Shown: positions 62,557 to 64,000 of the stretch, piece after piece
Numbering within the stretch: position 1 is the stretch's first letter
How the letters are laid out: every line of letters starts with the position of its first letter
Assembly (NCBI GenBank): GCA_040386535.1
Contig: JAZKFH010000008.1
Span: 199,002 to 263,001, forward strand
DNA: 64,000 bases
Source: Myxococcota bacterium
GTDB taxonomy: Bacteria > Myxococcota_A > UBA796 > SXON01
Direction: 5' to 3'
Made by a program: the position numbers and the translations under genes
Notes under the pieces: generated by a model
Told to the model about the DNA's origin: nothing
Seen by the model: the letters and a program-made list of their open reading frames with translations, nothing else
Database searches by the model: none

Positions 62557-64000
62557 ATGTTTCTCCTGCTCGTCGGCCGCACCTTTGCCGCGACGTTTAC
62601 CGTGGGGCCGTCGGGCGACTACGCGACCGTCGCGGAAGCGGAGGCCGTGGCCGCGTCGGGCGACACGATCGCGCTGGCGGCGGGCGTGTACATCGACGCG
62701 CTCGCCCCCGGCGGAAGGGATCTCACCTACGTCGCGTCGGGTGACGCCTCGATCCGCGCCGGCGGCACGTGCCTCTCCGTCGAGCCCGGCACCCGCATCG
62801 GGGTCGAGGGGATCGCGTTCGTCGAGTGCGGGATCGTCGTGTCCGGTGGCGCGCTCGACGCCCGCGACGTCGTGTTCTCCGACACCACTTGCGCCAGGGG
62901 CTGCGGGATCGCGGCAGAGGACGACGCGACCGTGACCGTCACCGGCGGGCGCTTCGTCGACAACGTGGCGAGCGGGTACGGCGGGAGCCTCTCCGCCACG
63001 TCGGGCGCGTCGATCACGTTGACGGACACGACGTTCTCGGGGGGCTCGGCCGCGCGGGGCGGCGCCATCGCGTTCGACTCGGACGGCGCGCTCACGCTCG
63101 ACGGCGTCACGATCACCGGGGCGTCCGCCCAGCAGGGCGGCGGGCTCTGGGCGGCGGGCGGGACGCTCGATCTCGTCAACGTCGTGTTCACCGAGAACGT
63201 CGCGACCGGCGCGGGTGGCGGCGCGTGGCTCGACGGCGGCGGGGACCTCGTCCGGGTGGAGGGCGCGCGGTTCGTCGCCAACACAGCGGGCGGGAACGGC
63301 GGCGGCCTGGCCAGCGGGGGCGCGGCCACGCTCGAGGTGACCTCGTCCGCCTTCCTCGCCAACACCGCCGCCGGGGCGGGCGCGGGGCTCTACAGCACCG
63401 ACAGCAGCGTGTGGATCGCGGGATCGGTCCTCCTCGAGAACGACGCGTCGAGCGCGGGCGGCGGCGTCTACGCCTCCGGGACGTCCTTCGAGGCCGAGAA
63501 CGTCGCGCTCGCGTGCAACACCGCCGGCAGCGGCGGCGGCGTGTACGTCTCCGCCTCGGACACGGTCGTCAACGGCGTGCTCGCGACGGTGAACGTCGGC
63601 AGCGGCCTGGTGATCTACACCAGCGGGTTCACCGCCACCGACAACCTGTCCTGGGGCAACACCGGCGCCGAGTGGGGCGGCGTGACCGACCCCACCCGCA
63701 CGAACGGCAACCTCTGGCTCAACCCGCGCGTGCGCGCCGTTGCTTGCGACGGGGACTGGACCACGGACGACCTCGCGCCGAGCGCCTCCTCCGCGCTCGT
63801 GAGCGGGGCGGACGCGGTGGTGGACGCGGACGGCTCCGTCGGCGACATCGGCGGATACGGCGGCGCGTGGGGCGGCGTGCTCGACGTCGATGACGACGGG
63901 GCGACGTACTGGGCGGGCGACTGTCACGAGGGCCGGGCGGACACGTATCCGGGCGCGACCGAGGTCTGGTACGACGGGACCGACCAGGACTGCGACGGCA
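62557..64000 (+). CDS. Secreted beta-helix (GGA/FxxN) protein with metal-binding repeat, 3' partial
   Basis: ATG 62557 MFLLLVGRTFAATFTVGPSGDY; F..N.A..GGG repeats; DIGGYGG; still in frame at the window end (EVWYDGTDQDCDG). Missing from the ORF track because there is no stop in the window. Confidence 0.8.
   Translation, partial: MFLLLVGRTFAATFTVGPSGDYATVAEAEAVAASGDTIALAAGVYIDALAPGGRDLTYVASGDASIRAGGTCLSVEPGTRIGVEGIAFVECGIVVSGGALDARDVVFSDTTCARGCGIAAEDDATVTVTGGRFVDNVASGYGGSLSATSGASITLTDTTFSGGSAARGGAIAFDSDGALTLDGVTITGASAQQGGGLWAAGGTLDLVNVVFTENVATGAGGGAWLDGGGDLVRVEGARFVANTAGGNGGGLASGGAATLEVTSSAFLANTAAGAGAGLYSTDSSVWIAGSVLLENDASSAGGGVYASGTSFEAENVALACNTAGSGGGVYVSASDTVVNGVLATVNVGSGLVIYTSGFTATDNLSWGNTGAEWGGVTDPTRTNGNLWLNPRVRAVACDGDWTTDDLAPSASSALVSGADAVVDADGSVGDIGGYGGAWGGVLDVDDDGATYWAGDCHEGRADTYPGATEVWYDGTDQDCDG

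Overview
Very GC-rich bacterial chromosomal DNA. The Cys/Asp-rich 'putative metal-binding' repeat lipoproteins, (Asp-Thr)n linkers and DUF4423 regulator suggest a Myxococcota-like organism (inference). The main feature is an extracellular-type contractile injection system (eCIS, Afp/PVC/Streptomyces-CIS-like) at about 3.5-28.6 kb. It encodes an AAA ATPase, a DUF4157 protein, a Pvc16-like cap, two sheaths, a tail-chaperone-like gene pair, one N-terminally extended tube, a 1416-aa low-complexity tape-measure candidate, a LysM tube initiator, a hub, gp25, a large baseplate J, a tail-I-like wedge and a fibre-base-like protein. Unusual points: (i) a complete -1 programmed frameshift signature (internal SD, GGGGGAA, 6-nt spacer, stem-loop) joins the chaperone-like ORF to a start-less DUF6760-like ORF, as in phage gpG/gpGT; (ii) the operon ends in a ubiquitin-like + 4TM + C4HC3 (PHD/RING-like) protein; (iii) no spike, PAAR, stand-alone major tube or lysis gene is visible. 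The rest holds housekeeping and surface genes (hutF, argE-like, S9 peptidase, ceramidase-like, dNK, rlmI, yihY, transglycosylase, REC-EAL, comEC, nagZ, mce), two small TIR elements, a REP-like family and a leader-peptide/attenuator upstream of an HNH gene. All annotations come from reading motifs by eye; no database searches were run.
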